A stretch of DNA of 64,000 nucleotides, taken from the IMG/VR virus record IMGVR_UViG_3300008117_000011, positions 159,672-223,671 of that record. One strand, given 5' to 3'. Below the pieces are notes generated by a model. The model did no database searches, was not told the DNA's origin, and saw only the letters and a list, made by a program, of their open reading frames with translations. Below, one piece after another: positions 27,820-38,501 of the stretch (positions are counted from its first letter, which is position 1; each line of letters begins with the position of its first letter). Both the position numbers and the translations under genes were made by a program.

Positions 27820-30276
27820 TTAACTTGCAACATCTGTAATTAACAGTGTATCAGTTGAGTCGTAATATGATAGTCTAGGTTGAGCATCACTTCTTAAAAA
27901 TATAGTACAATTATAGTTAGCATATACGTGAGTTGATAAACTAAAGTCTACAGAATTTAAACCAAATTTAACTTCGTTTAACTGAAAAGTGCTATTATTA
28001 ATACTATTGGTACTGAAATCATTGGCAATTTGGTTATACCTAAAATCACCCTGAATTGTATTGTTACTAAAACTAAATGCGATATTATTTTTATAAAAAT
28101 TATATGACCCTAAATTTATTGAGTCACCAATCGTGTTGTTACCAAAATAATCACCAATAACATTGTCTTCATAATTACTATACAGTTGGTTATTATTAAA
28201 ACCATTACCTATTTTATTACCCTGATTACTACCAAATGTTCTATTATCATTATAACCATTTCCTATTGTATTTTTATAAAAATCATTATCTAATTTATTA
28301 TTATTAAATTGATTTCCTATTTGGTTATTTTGAAAATCCCCACCAGTAATAATGTTATTACTAAAGTCATTACCAATATTATTTCTATAAAAAGAACCTA
28401 TTGTTATTGTATTATCATAGAAATTATAATTTATTTCATTTCTTTGGAAATTAGCAGTTATATAGTTATTATAAAAATAATTACCAATTATGTTTTGATC
28501 AAAATCATCATCTGTTAGATTATTATAGAAATAATTACCTATAATGTTCTCAGTACAATCATCATCAAATGTGTTATTAAAACAAGCATCCCCAAAAGTG
28601 TTATTTAAATACTCGCTAGTACCATAAAAGACATTATTAGACAATATAAATGGGTTGCTATCAATACTATATAGGTTAGCGTAATTACCAATGTAATTGT
28701 TCGCACATTGTCCTAGACTACCAAAAGTTAAATGTTCTTGATAATTTTCCGTATCACCTGTTATATTAGATTGTTTAAAATTTAAAGACTTATAACTTAC
28801 TTGGTTTGCTGGTAAATTTGATGTTATACTCGTGAAATTGATATCCAAAATGCTTAAAGTGTAATTAATATCCGAATAATCAATCAAAGATAAATAACTA
28901 TTAACAACATTCTGAATTTGGCTATTGGTTGATTTAATACCACCAGCTAGCGCAAATAATAAGTAATGTATTTGTGTTACACCAGTTAAATTAGAAATGG
29001 TATCTAAATCATCCTCGGTTGACGTGTCAATATTATGTGTGATAGTCCCATCAATTGTATTAACGATGTATATATGAGTTACCGAAGGATCCTGTGCACC
29101 CCAAACTCTTTTACAATAAACTGAGAAATCACTACCACCATAAGTTAATGTATAATCAAATGTGTCGGCTTGACCATCACCATCTGAACCTAAATTACCG
29201 TCAATTTCAAAATCAGTAACACTAACATTATAAGCAGCCATCACAAATAATCCAGGGAAAGTATTGGTAAAATAGGAAGAACCTAACCCAAAATATAAAT
29301 CACCATTCTGTGCTGAACCATCATAAACAAAATCACCAAAAGAAGCTGGGTCACTATTATTAACTGGTGGATCAGTCATTTGCGTGTGGGTATAAGGTAT
29401 ATCACTAAATAAATTAGTGTATATTCTATTTCCACCATCATACATATCATCCCCACCATCGTCAATGTCGTTGTTACCAACATCATTAAAATAATATAAA
29501 CAACCATCAAGTAGTTGTTGATTTGAGAACATACGTTCACATCTGTACCCAATTGAGTCACTGAAATTATCGTAATTAAATCCAGCGACAACCATATCAG
29601 TTGGTGAGGTTATTTCTATAACTTCATATAATTTTGGGCTATTATAATAAATTAATATAGTATTGCCCGTAATTAAATCACCAGTAAAATTAGTATTTAA
29701 ACCCGTAACAATACCATTATTCATACCAATTATACGGCCAGCAATAGTACCATCTTGAAAATAAGTTCTATATCTTTTAAACAATATTGTTCTATGATCG
29801 TAATCAGTTCTATTGCCAAGGTCATCAATTCTTTCAGTTATCCTACCTTTCGCTGGATTACCAGTACTTTCAGTAACATCAAAAGAATAATCATATTTTA
29901 TTTTATCATTAGGATATGTTGGCTGATATGCGTCCGGGGACAAAGTGTTATTTGATGTAGCTAAAACTAAAATAGGTTCAATTGTTGATGTGTGATATGT
30001 ATTTGGTCCTGTGATTGAATTACCATTATAATCAAAATCAGGTTGGTCGTAACAAGTTTGGAAATCGGTAATTAAATAAAATGTACCTAAGTTTAAACTA
30101 TTGCCTGAGATTAAATTAACCAATTCAGAGTAAGTAACTTCTGTATAATTAGAATATGAAAATGCTGAAAATGGTAGGTTAAATGTTGTACCAAGATACT
30201 CAACAGGAAATAGTGTATTGTTACTAACTTCATTTAGTAATGGTAGTTCTGCTATTGTTTTACCAGTAATGCTCAT
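27820..30276 (-). CDS. Tail fibre/spike-like protein with an Asn-rich beta-helix repeat
   Basis: N-terminal TIAELP and YLITDFQT; C-terminal ~11-residue N-x-I-G-N-x-F-x-N-N repeats. Confidence 0.6.
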   Translation of the reverse strand: MSITGKTIAELPLLNEVSNNTLFPVEYLGTTFNLPFSAFSYSNYTEVTYSELVNLISGNSLNLGTFYLITDFQTCYDQPDFDYNGNSITGPNTYHTSTIEPILVLATSNNTLSPDAYQPTYPNDKIKYDYSFDVTESTGNPAKGRITERIDDLGNRTDYDHRTILFKRYRTYFQDGTIAGRIIGMNNGIVTGLNTNFTGDLITGNTILIYYNSPKLYEVIEITSPTDMVVAGFNYDNFSDSIGYRCERMFSNQQLLDGCLYYFNDVGNNDIDDGGDDMYDGGNRIYTNLFSDIPYTHTQMTDPPVNNSDPASFGDFVYDGSAQNGDLYFGLGSSYFTNTFPGLFVMAAYNVSVTDFEIDGNLGSDGDGQADTFDYTLTYGGSDFSVYCKRVWGAQDPSVTHIYIVNTIDGTITHNIDTSTEDDLDTISNLTGVTQIHYLLFALAGGIKSTNSQIQNVVNSYLSLIDYSDINYTLSILDINFTSITSNLPANQVSYKSLNFKQSNITGDTENYQEHLTFGSLGQCANNYIGNYANLYSIDSNPFILSNNVFYGTSEYLNNTFGDACFNNTFDDDCTENIIGNYFYNNLTDDDFDQNIIGNYFYNNYITANFQRNEINYNFYDNTITIGSFYRNNIGNDFSNNIITGGDFQNNQIGNQFNNNKLDNDFYKNTIGNGYNDNRTFGSNQGNKIGNGFNNNQLYSNYEDNVIGDYFGNNTIGDSINLGSYNFYKNNIAFSFSNNTIQGDFRYNQIANDFSTNSINNSTFQLNEVKFGLNSVDFSLSTHVYANYNCTIFLRSDAQPRLSYYDSTDTLLITDVAS

Positions 30277-30298
30277 TTTAATTTTTTATTTTTTATGT

Positions 30299-31276
30299 TT
30301 ATGTGTATTTTAAATATTCATTAACACCAATCTTTAAATATGTGTCTTGATCAACTAATATTGGATTTATTAACATTATTTGTGGGGTTGGTGAAGGTGT
30401 TGGTGTTGGGGTTGGTGAAGATGTGGGTGTTGGTGTGGGTGTTGGGTAATTTTCATAAACCTCAAAATATAAATTTGGTGGGTAAACCACAAAATCACCA
30501 AACGAATCTATTTTAGTTAATATGTTAAAATCTTCATTAATTATTACTTCTGTATTACCAATAGTTTCCCCAATAGGAATTGTAACACCAGTCATTATTG
30601 TTATTGGACTTCCACTTGTTCCTAAATTATGAGTAAAACTCATACTTATTTCCTCACCATATGTTTGATTTGATGTTAAGTTATAATTAATAACAATAGA
30701 TCCTGGTGCTATATCAACATCTAATATAACCGTTAATGGTGTATTTGTAGTTGTCGTTGTTGTAACTGGTGCTTCTGTAGTCGTCGTTGTTGTAACTGGT
30801 GGACACGGTGGACAAGTAGGACAAGGTGTTGGCGTTGGTGGAATTGGTTTTTTTGTTGTTGCGCAACAAGGGAATCCAGTTTCATAACAACCATCTCCAG
30901 GTTCTAAGTCATCAGCAATAAAACTTTCTTGAACGTTTATAAACAATTTTTCTCTAATTGGTAGAATTAACGTTCCATCGCTGGATATAAAAATAAATTG
31001 ACCTTCAAATCTACCAACTTTTCTAGTATCAAACTTCCTAAATTGATAATAAACATAATATTCTGGTTCGGCATTTGGGTCAAGCATTGTCTTTGCAACA
31101 ATGCCAGCTGGACGTGTGGTAATTTTTGGAACCCCAGTCTCAACATCAACCATAGAAAAAAATATGGCAGATTGTTCTATTAAATCCATCATATTATTAT
31201 AATCGCTACGACCATCCTTTACGACTTGCATTTTAAGTAAAGGGAGTGAAGAGTTCTTTTTAATGAAAAATTCCAT
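30299..31276 (-). CDS. Virion protein, BppU-like N-terminus with Thr-run and (PT)n linkers
   Basis: FFIKKNSSLPLLKM..YYVYYQF..DT..GRFEGQF; PVTTTTTT x2; PTPTPTPT. Confidence 0.55.
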   Translation of the reverse strand: MEFFIKKNSSLPLLKMQVVKDGRSDYNNMMDLIEQSAIFFSMVDVETGVPKITTRPAGIVAKTMLDPNAEPEYYVYYQFRKFDTRKVGRFEGQFIFISSDGTLILPIREKLFINVQESFIADDLEPGDGCYETGFPCCATTKKPIPPTPTPCPTCPPCPPVTTTTTTEAPVTTTTTTNTPLTVILDVDIAPGSIVINYNLTSNQTYGEEISMSFTHNLGTSGSPITIMTGVTIPIGETIGNTEVIINEDFNILTKIDSFGDFVVYPPNLYFEVYENYPTPTPTPTSSPTPTPTPSPTPQIMLINPILVDQDTYLKIGVNEYLKYT

Positions 31277-31303
31277 CTATAGTTTTTACTATAAATATAT
31301 GAA

Positions 31304-32938
31304 TTAACATTCTTTTCTTAATTCTGCTGGATAAAAATCAAAACGATTATGTTCGGTTGGTGTTATAAGAAGAAGTCCAGGATTTAATTTACCTTTAACT
31401 AAATTTTGAAAGTTATGGGACATTAAAGTTTGTTCATAAGGATTGTCAAATTTTGTCTCAATATAACATTTGTAATTACCTTCTTTTGATAAGACAATTG
31501 GCCAATTAGAAAGATAGATTTCCCCACTAGCGTAGGGGATACCATTTAATGATTTTATATTTTTAAATTCTAGACTTGGGGCGCTTGGATCATAACCAAC
31601 AACTGGTAGATTTGGTTTTTCCGGCCAATGATTTTCTCTGAAACTTTGGGGTGTATTGTACCAAGCCCATTGTGTTGTGTGACTTCCGAAAAATTCAGTA
31701 AAATTTAATTTTAAAAAATCAAAATTTTCTTTTTTAATTATTTGTAATGACGTACTATATAAATTTTTTACTTTTCTATTAAAACCATTTTTACAAACAT
31801 CACAATCTTTAGTAACAAAAGCCATATCGTCCTCAAAGAAATAGTAATAACCCAAATCGTCTTGTTGATTAAAGTGTTCGGCAATAAATTGTCTACCACC
31901 GGTAATACCTATATTATCTTTTTTAATATGTTCAAAACCATATTGTGAACAAAGATTTAAATATTCTTTTGTTGTTGTTAAATCCGTTGAGTTATCCAGT
32001 AAAAATTTTTTTGTTTTTGTTATAAAATCTATATCGTACTCTAACATTGATTCAATTAAAGTTTCAAATTGTTTTGGTGAGTTAAACGTAATAACATATA
32101 GACCAACATCATTACCTTCTTTTTTTACTTTATTATTTTTAATATTTTCAAAAAACGTATATAATAAACCATCAGAATTAATAAGGTAATTATCAATTAA
32201 ATTTGGGTGTAAATAACTCATAATCGTAAAGATACTTTCTTCTGTTCCCATTAAATTATTATTTAATGTATGTGTAAGTAAACTATAATATATTGTGTTT
32301 AAATCGCTAATATATTTTTTAGGACCACCAAAAAAACCACCCCTACTTACATAGTTTGTTTTTGTTTTTGCATACTCACATAACTTATCGTATGAAAATC
32401 CGTGAACCTCTGTGTTTGCCTCATATGGAAAAGATATAAATAAAAACTTATCGTATTTTTTATTTATTTTCTCAAGAACATTATCATTTGTGAAATATCC
32501 TGGACTTACTGTGTTTGAGATTCCAGCGTCAATCCAGAATAGTTTTTCAGAATTAAATTTATCTAAAATTACAGCATCGTGCAGTAAAAACATTTTAGAC
32601 ATTACAATTGGATTATACATCTCAAGTTTTGCTTGTGTTGATTCTTTTAACCAACCAACTTGATTGTACCAATTTTCATTTGTTCTTATTTTTTGTATTT
32701 TGTCAAAAAATTCATTATTTCTAAACCAAGAAAGGTCCCGGATAATAAATTGTGTTTTTGACATATCCCTTCTTTCACTAACAAATTTATAAAGAGATTC
32801 GTCCCCAAAAATTATGAGATTACAATCAATTTTTAATAAATCATCAAATTTATTTAAATAGTAATCAAAAGACCTATTCCATCCTTTTTCTAAATTACCC
32901 CTACCAATATCCCATAATCCGGTAACAAGTGTCATCAT
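31304..32938 (-). CDS. HtrL/YibB-like glycosyltransferase fused to a second GT-A-like domain
   Basis: TLVTGLWDIGR, MSKMFLL, FWIDAG, GGFFGG, GTEESI; second domain YYFFEDD. Confidence 0.7.
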   Translation of the reverse strand: MMTLVTGLWDIGRGNLEKGWNRSFDYYLNKFDDLLKIDCNLIIFGDESLYKFVSERRDMSKTQFIIRDLSWFRNNEFFDKIQKIRTNENWYNQVGWLKESTQAKLEMYNPIVMSKMFLLHDAVILDKFNSEKLFWIDAGISNTVSPGYFTNDNVLEKINKKYDKFLFISFPYEANTEVHGFSYDKLCEYAKTKTNYVSRGGFFGGPKKYISDLNTIYYSLLTHTLNNNLMGTEESIFTIMSYLHPNLIDNYLINSDGLLYTFFENIKNNKVKKEGNDVGLYVITFNSPKQFETLIESMLEYDIDFITKTKKFLLDNSTDLTTTKEYLNLCSQYGFEHIKKDNIGITGGRQFIAEHFNQQDDLGYYYFFEDDMAFVTKDCDVCKNGFNRKVKNLYSTSLQIIKKENFDFLKLNFTEFFGSHTTQWAWYNTPQSFRENHWPEKPNLPVVGYDPSAPSLEFKNIKSLNGIPYASGEIYLSNWPIVLSKEGNYKCYIETKFDNPYEQTLMSHNFQNLVKGKLNPGLLLITPTEHNRFDFYPAELRKEC

Positions 32939-34182
32939 AAATTACCAACTATTCTTTCTCCCCAACCTTTTGATGCCGAGTGTGGCCATACAACCCAATA
33001 CGCTGGTTTTTCTGAGGTGTTAAATTCTCTCCATATTTTTCCGTAACCATCTGGATCATTTTTTATTCTATTAATTTCATCTGGTTGTGCGTCTTGCCTA
33101 AATAGGGTTTCATCATTTTTATTATGAAACGCAACAACAAAGAAATTATAATCTGTTTCCGGAACCTTATCTAATGGCAAATCAATACAATGTTTGAATA
33201 TTGTAAAGAAACTTTTTTCCCAATCCTCTTCTGTTGAAAAATCGTATGGGTTTGGTGGATACTTTTTATCTAATGTATATTGTTGTACTGACCTATTTGA
33301 AAACTTTATTCCGGCGTACTTTTCATAGTCCTTAATTGTTCTTTCAGAACCAAATCCATACTTACCAAGGTCTTCTTCATATTTCTCATTATCAATACCA
33401 AGTATCTTTCTATTCTTTTCGTGTGATGAATTATTTTTCTTCCACCATTCTTTATTGTCATCCCATTGTTTTGTTCTGTTCTTTCTGGTGTACTCGTGCC
33501 AGATAACAACTTTATGTGGGTGAAACAAATCATATCCGTGAGTAAATGCCCTAACGGCAATTGATATTTCTTCTCCGTGAAAATAATAATCCGGGTCGTG
33601 CTGAACTTCCGTTGAGAATTGTCCTAACGTGAAACAAAAATGTGCCGAGTAAAATCTAGCCCTTAATGGTTTTTTAATTTTTTGCCACCCTGGGATTACC
33701 TCTGGTAGAAAAAATACAACTCCTTCCGGTGTGAATCTATCAAAGGCCATTCTCCAAGGTTCACCAACTCTACCAGCCGGGTCGTTGTCCGGATCAAAAG
33801 ATGAAACATAACCTGTAAGTAATGGTTTTTTAACTCCATCTTTTTGTAATCCTTGTAACATTCTGATTAAGATTTGATCCCAGTTTTTCTCAAAACGCAT
33901 GTGGGAATCAACTTGAAGAGTATACTCTTCTCCTTTATATAATTGTTGTACCTGGTTTCTAGCCCAACAAACACCTGTTGATTCTGAATATAAGACATCT
34001 AAAATTCTAAATCTTTCATCATCTTTATATTCCGATAAATCATCAAAACCATCTTCTGGATGATACTGACGACAAATACCAAAAACTAAATTTTCTGGGT
34101 GTTTTGCGTTTGATAAACAATCTTTAACTGTTGGGATAAGTTGGGGGTCTCTATATGATGCAATTTGTATAAAAATCTTCAT
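32935..34182 (-). CDS. GT60-family polypeptide GlcNAc transferase (Skp1 Gnt1-like)
   Basis: IFIQIASYRD, GVCWAR, LQVDSHMRF..WD, FHGEE, RAFTHGYD, WHEY. Confidence 0.8.
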   Translation of the reverse strand: MKIFIQIASYRDPQLIPTVKDCLSNAKHPENLVFGICRQYHPEDGFDDLSEYKDDERFRILDVLYSESTGVCWARNQVQQLYKGEEYTLQVDSHMRFEKNWDQILIRMLQGLQKDGVKKPLLTGYVSSFDPDNDPAGRVGEPWRMAFDRFTPEGVVFFLPEVIPGWQKIKKPLRARFYSAHFCFTLGQFSTEVQHDPDYYFHGEEISIAVRAFTHGYDLFHPHKVVIWHEYTRKNRTKQWDDNKEWWKKNNSSHEKNRKILGIDNEKYEEDLGKYGFGSERTIKDYEKYAGIKFSNRSVQQYTLDKKYPPNPYDFSTEEDWEKSFFTIFKHCIDLPLDKVPETDYNFFVVAFHNKNDETLFRQDAQPDEINRIKNDPDGYGKIWREFNTSEKPAYWVVWPHSASKGWGERIVGNL

Positions 34183-34281
34183 ATAGAAAAATTAACGATT
34201 TTTTATTTTAAATAAATAATATTCAAAACCTAATTCTATATATTTCTACTAATGTTTTACTATTTTTTTCATAACAATTAA

Positions 34282-36414
34282 TTGATAACTTTAATGAAAA
34301 AATTAATGATAATAACACCCCATTTGTCAACAGGGGGTCAACCACAATTCTTATTAAAAAAGATTGAATTATTAAAAGATACGTACGACTTATACTGTGT
34401 TGAATATAACTTTGTGTCTCCAGATTTTGTTGTACAAAGAAATAAAATAAAAAATTTATTAATACTTAATTTTATCTCATTAGAAGAAAATGAATTGAGA
34501 TTGACAAATGTTATTAAGGATATAAATCCAGATATAATTTGGTTTGAGGAGTTACCAGAAACGTTTATAACAAACGAAGAATGTGAGTACATTTATAAAA
34601 AAGAAAGAAGTTGGCAAATAATTGAAACGACCCATTCCTCCCAAGATTTAAGTTTTAAAAAAAGATACGCTCCGGATAAATTTATTTTTGTATCCGATTT
34701 ATCAGTTAAACAATACGACAATTTAGGAATTGAATCTTCAGTAATTCAATACCCAGTAAACAAGAAAACAAAAAATACTGACAACTTTAAAAGTAAGTTA
34801 TCATTTGATAATGAGTATAAACATATTGTAATTGTTGGGTTATTTACCCAGGGTAAAAATCAATCGTATGCTTTTGATATTGCAAGAAAATTAGAAAAAG
34901 AAAAAGTATTATTTCACTTTGTTGGTAATACTGCAATCAATTTTAAAGACTACTGGGAACCACTACTTTTAAATAAACCTAAAAATTGTATACTACACGG
35001 AGAAAAAGAAAATATTGATGATTATTTACAAGCTTCTGATTTATTTTTATTTCCCTCAAAATTTGAATTAAATCCTTTGGTTGTTAAAGAAGCTCTTTGT
35101 TATGATGAGTTACCTATTGTTATGTTTAATTTAGAATCATATTGTGGTCAGTATGATAATGAACCTAACATTAGTTTTATGAAAAATGACATTAATATTG
35201 ATTCAAAACTAATTAAAGAATTACTTTTTGGTAAAACCAAGACCTATCAAGATATTGAGGGTTGGTTTTCATATGAAGAACTATACAATAAATTTGTAAA
35301 CGAATGTTCTGATGGAAGTACAATTGTTGAAATTGGTAGTTGGTTTGGTAAATCAACAAAATACATTTCAGATAAAATAAAAGAAACAAATAAAAATGTT
35401 AAGTTAATTTCTGTTGATACTTTTAAAGGGTCTCAAAATGAGCAACTCCATATAGATACTGTTGGTAATTTTGATAATGACATATATCAAATTTTCTATG
35501 AAAATTTAATTGGTAATAAAATAGAAGTAATAAAAGACTCTTCACATAACGCTTCTAAATTATTTAACAATGGGTCCATTGATTATCTAATGATTGATGG
35601 GGATCATAGTTATGAAGGTGTTAAAAATGATATTGAAGATTTTTTCTACAAAGTTAAACCGGGTGGTATTATTTCAGGTGATGATTATGTAGTCTTTGAT
35701 GGTGTAACAAAAGCTGTAAATGAGTATTTTAATGGGACTCAAAATATAACAACAAACGGATATAACTGGTATTATAAAATACCTAAAATTCAAGTAATTC
35801 ATATTTCAACATTACCTAAGCAAAAAAGGGCTATAAAATCAATTACAAATATAAAAGAGTTAAAGAGATACAACATTGATATTAAGTTTATTGAGAATTA
35901 TGTATATGATGGTGAAGTTGATGTATCAACCCACAGATATCCAGAAAGTCAAAATATAAATAAGGGTCACTATGGTTGTTATTTAGCACACAAAGAGGCA
36001 ATACATTCAATTGATAATGACTATGACTATACAATTATAATGGAGGAGGACGCTTACATTTTTGAGAATCTTAATGATTTTGTTGATATAGTTCATAAAG
36101 CCATTTTTAATTGTATTAAAGATGAAATATACTTTGTATCATTTGGTGGATTAATTTTAGATTACGCACTAAACGAATATGATAATTTATTTAATGAGTG
36201 TTGGCATCAAACTATGGCTCATTGTTATATGATACCAAACAAGTATAAACAATGGTACGTTGATAAATTTGAGACTAGCCCTTGGGATTCGGCAGATCTT
36301 TGGTTTAACCATATTTTTTGTCACGATAGAAAATTAAGATTAATAACCAAAAAATTCTATAGTAAACAACTAGATGGTACCTCACTTATTGATAATGTAA
36401 AAAAAGAATATTGA
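34282..36414 (+). CDS. Multidomain GT4 glycosyltransferase + class I methyltransferase + GT25-like domain
   Basis: GKNQ, DLFLFPSKFELNPLVVKEA (GT4); VEIGSWFGKS, IDGDHSYE, GGIISGDDY (methyltransferase); GCYLAH, IMEEDA (GT25-like). Confidence 0.8.
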   Translation: MITLMKKLMIITPHLSTGGQPQFLLKKIELLKDTYDLYCVEYNFVSPDFVVQRNKIKNLLILNFISLEENELRLTNVIKDINPDIIWFEELPETFITNEECEYIYKKERSWQIIETTHSSQDLSFKKRYAPDKFIFVSDLSVKQYDNLGIESSVIQYPVNKKTKNTDNFKSKLSFDNEYKHIVIVGLFTQGKNQSYAFDIARKLEKEKVLFHFVGNTAINFKDYWEPLLLNKPKNCILHGEKENIDDYLQASDLFLFPSKFELNPLVVKEALCYDELPIVMFNLESYCGQYDNEPNISFMKNDINIDSKLIKELLFGKTKTYQDIEGWFSYEELYNKFVNECSDGSTIVEIGSWFGKSTKYISDKIKETNKNVKLISVDTFKGSQNEQLHIDTVGNFDNDIYQIFYENLIGNKIEVIKDSSHNASKLFNNGSIDYLMIDGDHSYEGVKNDIEDFFYKVKPGGIISGDDYVVFDGVTKAVNEYFNGTQNITTNGYNWYYKIPKIQVIHISTLPKQKRAIKSITNIKELKRYNIDIKFIENYVYDGEVDVSTHRYPESQNINKGHYGCYLAHKEAIHSIDNDYDYTIIMEEDAYIFENLNDFVDIVHKAIFNCIKDEIYFVSFGGLILDYALNEYDNLFNECWHQTMAHCYMIPNKYKQWYVDKFETSPWDSADLWFNHIFCHDRKLRLITKKFYSKQLDGTSLIDNVKKEY

Positions 36415-36415
36415 T

Positions 36416-38233
36416 ATGAATTCACAAATATTTAAAGAAACAATCATTTCGGAAATAGAAAAAACAAATTTAACAAATAATAAAATTGGTGATATTTTAA
36501 AATTTATTTACACACAAATAAATGGTGCCTTTTTAGAAATAAAAGGTAATGTTGATAAAAATTTTAATGTTAGTTTTGAGGATGACCAGGGAAATATAGT
36601 TTATCAAACTGAATTAAAAACTGATATGTGGTCAAGACTAAATGCTAAGTATTTTAAAAATTATACAATAAAAATACAAAATGATGATTACTATAATGAA
36701 ATAAAAACCGATTTAAAAGATAAAAGAATTTATATAACTCTTGAGTCTAAATCATTAGGTGATACTTTGGCCTGGGTTCCTTATGTTGATGAATTTAGAA
36801 AAAAACATAGTTGTGATATAGTCCTATCAACATTTATGAATGATTTATTTAAGGAGCAATATCCGGAGATAGAATTTGTAGAACCAGGTACTTCTGTAGA
36901 TAATATATTTGGTATGTTTAATATCGGATGGTTTTATAATCAAAATGACGAAATTGATTACAGTAGACACCCAAATAATTTTAGAACTCAACCATTACAA
37001 AAAACGGCTTCAGATATTTTAGGTCTTGACTATGAAGAAATAAGACCAAAATTAAAACTAAAAGAAAATGTTAAAAAAGAAAAAAAAGTAGGTATTGCAA
37101 TACACGGAACCGCCCAAAGTAAGTATTGGAATAACCCAACTGGTTGGCAAGAGGTTGTTGATTATCTAATTAAACTTGGATATGAAGTTGTTTTATATTC
37201 TGTTGAGCCGGATGGTTATATGGGTAATTTTCATCCTACTGGAATTAAAAATTTCCCAAGAAGTCCATTACAAGAAGTAATTTACGATTTGCAAAGTTGT
37301 GAATTTTTTATTGGTATTGGATCTGGTCTTTCTTGGTTAGCCTGGAGTGTTGGTTTACCAACTATTTTAATATCCGGCTTTAGTGAGGAGTACACCGAAA
37401 CAAAATCAAATACTTATCGTGTTATAAATAATAATGTGTGTACCGGGTGTTTTAATTCCCATAGATTAAATCCTAGTGACTGGAATTGGTGTCCTATTCA
37501 TAAAAACACTGAAAGACAATTTGAATGTAGTAAATCAATAAATTCTAAATTAGTTATTAGTAAAATAAAACAAATTGGTTTTAACTGGGGTTTTTTTGAT
37601 TCAGACCAAAACTTTAAAAAACTAGTTGAGGAAGAATTATTTGTTAATAATATATATGAAAAGTATTTTAATATAAAAGATGGGGATATCGTAATGGATA
37701 TTGGTGCTAGTGTTGGTCCTTTTGTAAAATCATTATGTGATAGAAAATTAAAAAAGGTTTACGCTATTGAACCTAGTAAAACGGAGTTTAATATATTAGA
37801 AGAAAATATTAGTAATAAAAATGTTGTTTTAGTAAATAAAGCAATTGGTAATACAAATCAAACAAATTGTCAACTTGATGAAGTATATGGAGATGATAAG
37901 AGTGTTGACTATATTACTTTTGATAAATTATTAGAAGATTATAAAATTGATAAGATAGATTTTTTAAAATTAGATTGTGAAGGTGGTGAGTATGATATAT
38001 TCACAAATGAAAATTTAAAATTTTTAAAACAAATACCAAAAATAGTTGGTGAGTGGCATTTAAATGACCCAACAAAAAAAGAAAAATTTTTTAAATTTAA
38101 AAATGAAATTTTGTCAAACTTTTCTAAATTTACAATAAATTCAGTTGATGGTTACGATATAACACAAAGACTAAACGATCAAAATTTTATAGAGTATTAT
38201 AGTGAGATTTTAATCTACATTGAAAATAATTAA
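36416..38233 (+). CDS. TibC/Aah-like autotransporter O-heptosyltransferase fused to an FkbM methyltransferase
   Basis: SLGDTLAWVPY, QPLQ, KYWNN..GW, FIGIGSGLSWLAW, LISGFS, four-Cys site CTGC..WCP..FECSKSI; C-terminal DIGASVG, IEP, KLDCEGGE. Confidence 0.85.
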   Translation: MNSQIFKETIISEIEKTNLTNNKIGDILKFIYTQINGAFLEIKGNVDKNFNVSFEDDQGNIVYQTELKTDMWSRLNAKYFKNYTIKIQNDDYYNEIKTDLKDKRIYITLESKSLGDTLAWVPYVDEFRKKHSCDIVLSTFMNDLFKEQYPEIEFVEPGTSVDNIFGMFNIGWFYNQNDEIDYSRHPNNFRTQPLQKTASDILGLDYEEIRPKLKLKENVKKEKKVGIAIHGTAQSKYWNNPTGWQEVVDYLIKLGYEVVLYSVEPDGYMGNFHPTGIKNFPRSPLQEVIYDLQSCEFFIGIGSGLSWLAWSVGLPTILISGFSEEYTETKSNTYRVINNNVCTGCFNSHRLNPSDWNWCPIHKNTERQFECSKSINSKLVISKIKQIGFNWGFFDSDQNFKKLVEEELFVNNIYEKYFNIKDGDIVMDIGASVGPFVKSLCDRKLKKVYAIEPSKTEFNILEENISNKNVVLVNKAIGNTNQTNCQLDEVYGDDKSVDYITFDKLLEDYKIDKIDFLKLDCEGGEYDIFTNENLKFLKQIPKIVGEWHLNDPTKKEKFFKFKNEILSNFSKFTINSVDGYDITQRLNDQNFIEYYSEILIYIENN

Positions 38234-38490
38234 ATTACGTTTAGTAATTCTTTCACTTTATTATTAACATCATCATCAGTCCAATTGCCAATGTTGATAT
38301 AATCTTGACCCTCCCATAAAGTTAAAATCCGACTAAGACCTGTTGTACTAAAAAAGGATATCCTAGCTACAACCTTTTCTCCATCATCACTAACAGTGTC
38401 AATACTGATTTTATCGGTTAATAATGTTGTCTCTTCTCTTGTAATAACAATCACCGATTGTTCACTACTTAATTGTATTTCTCTTCCCAT
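38230..38490 (-). CDS. Small hypothetical protein, possibly fibre-associated
   Basis: 86 aa directly downstream of the collagen-like fibre; LWEG..Y..IGNWTD. Confidence 0.5.
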   Translation of the reverse strand: MGREIQLSSEQSVIVITREETTLLTDKISIDTVSDDGEKVVARISFFSTTGLSRILTLWEGQDYINIGNWTDDDVNNKVKELLNVI

Positions 38491-38501
38491 AATTTAATTT
38501 T

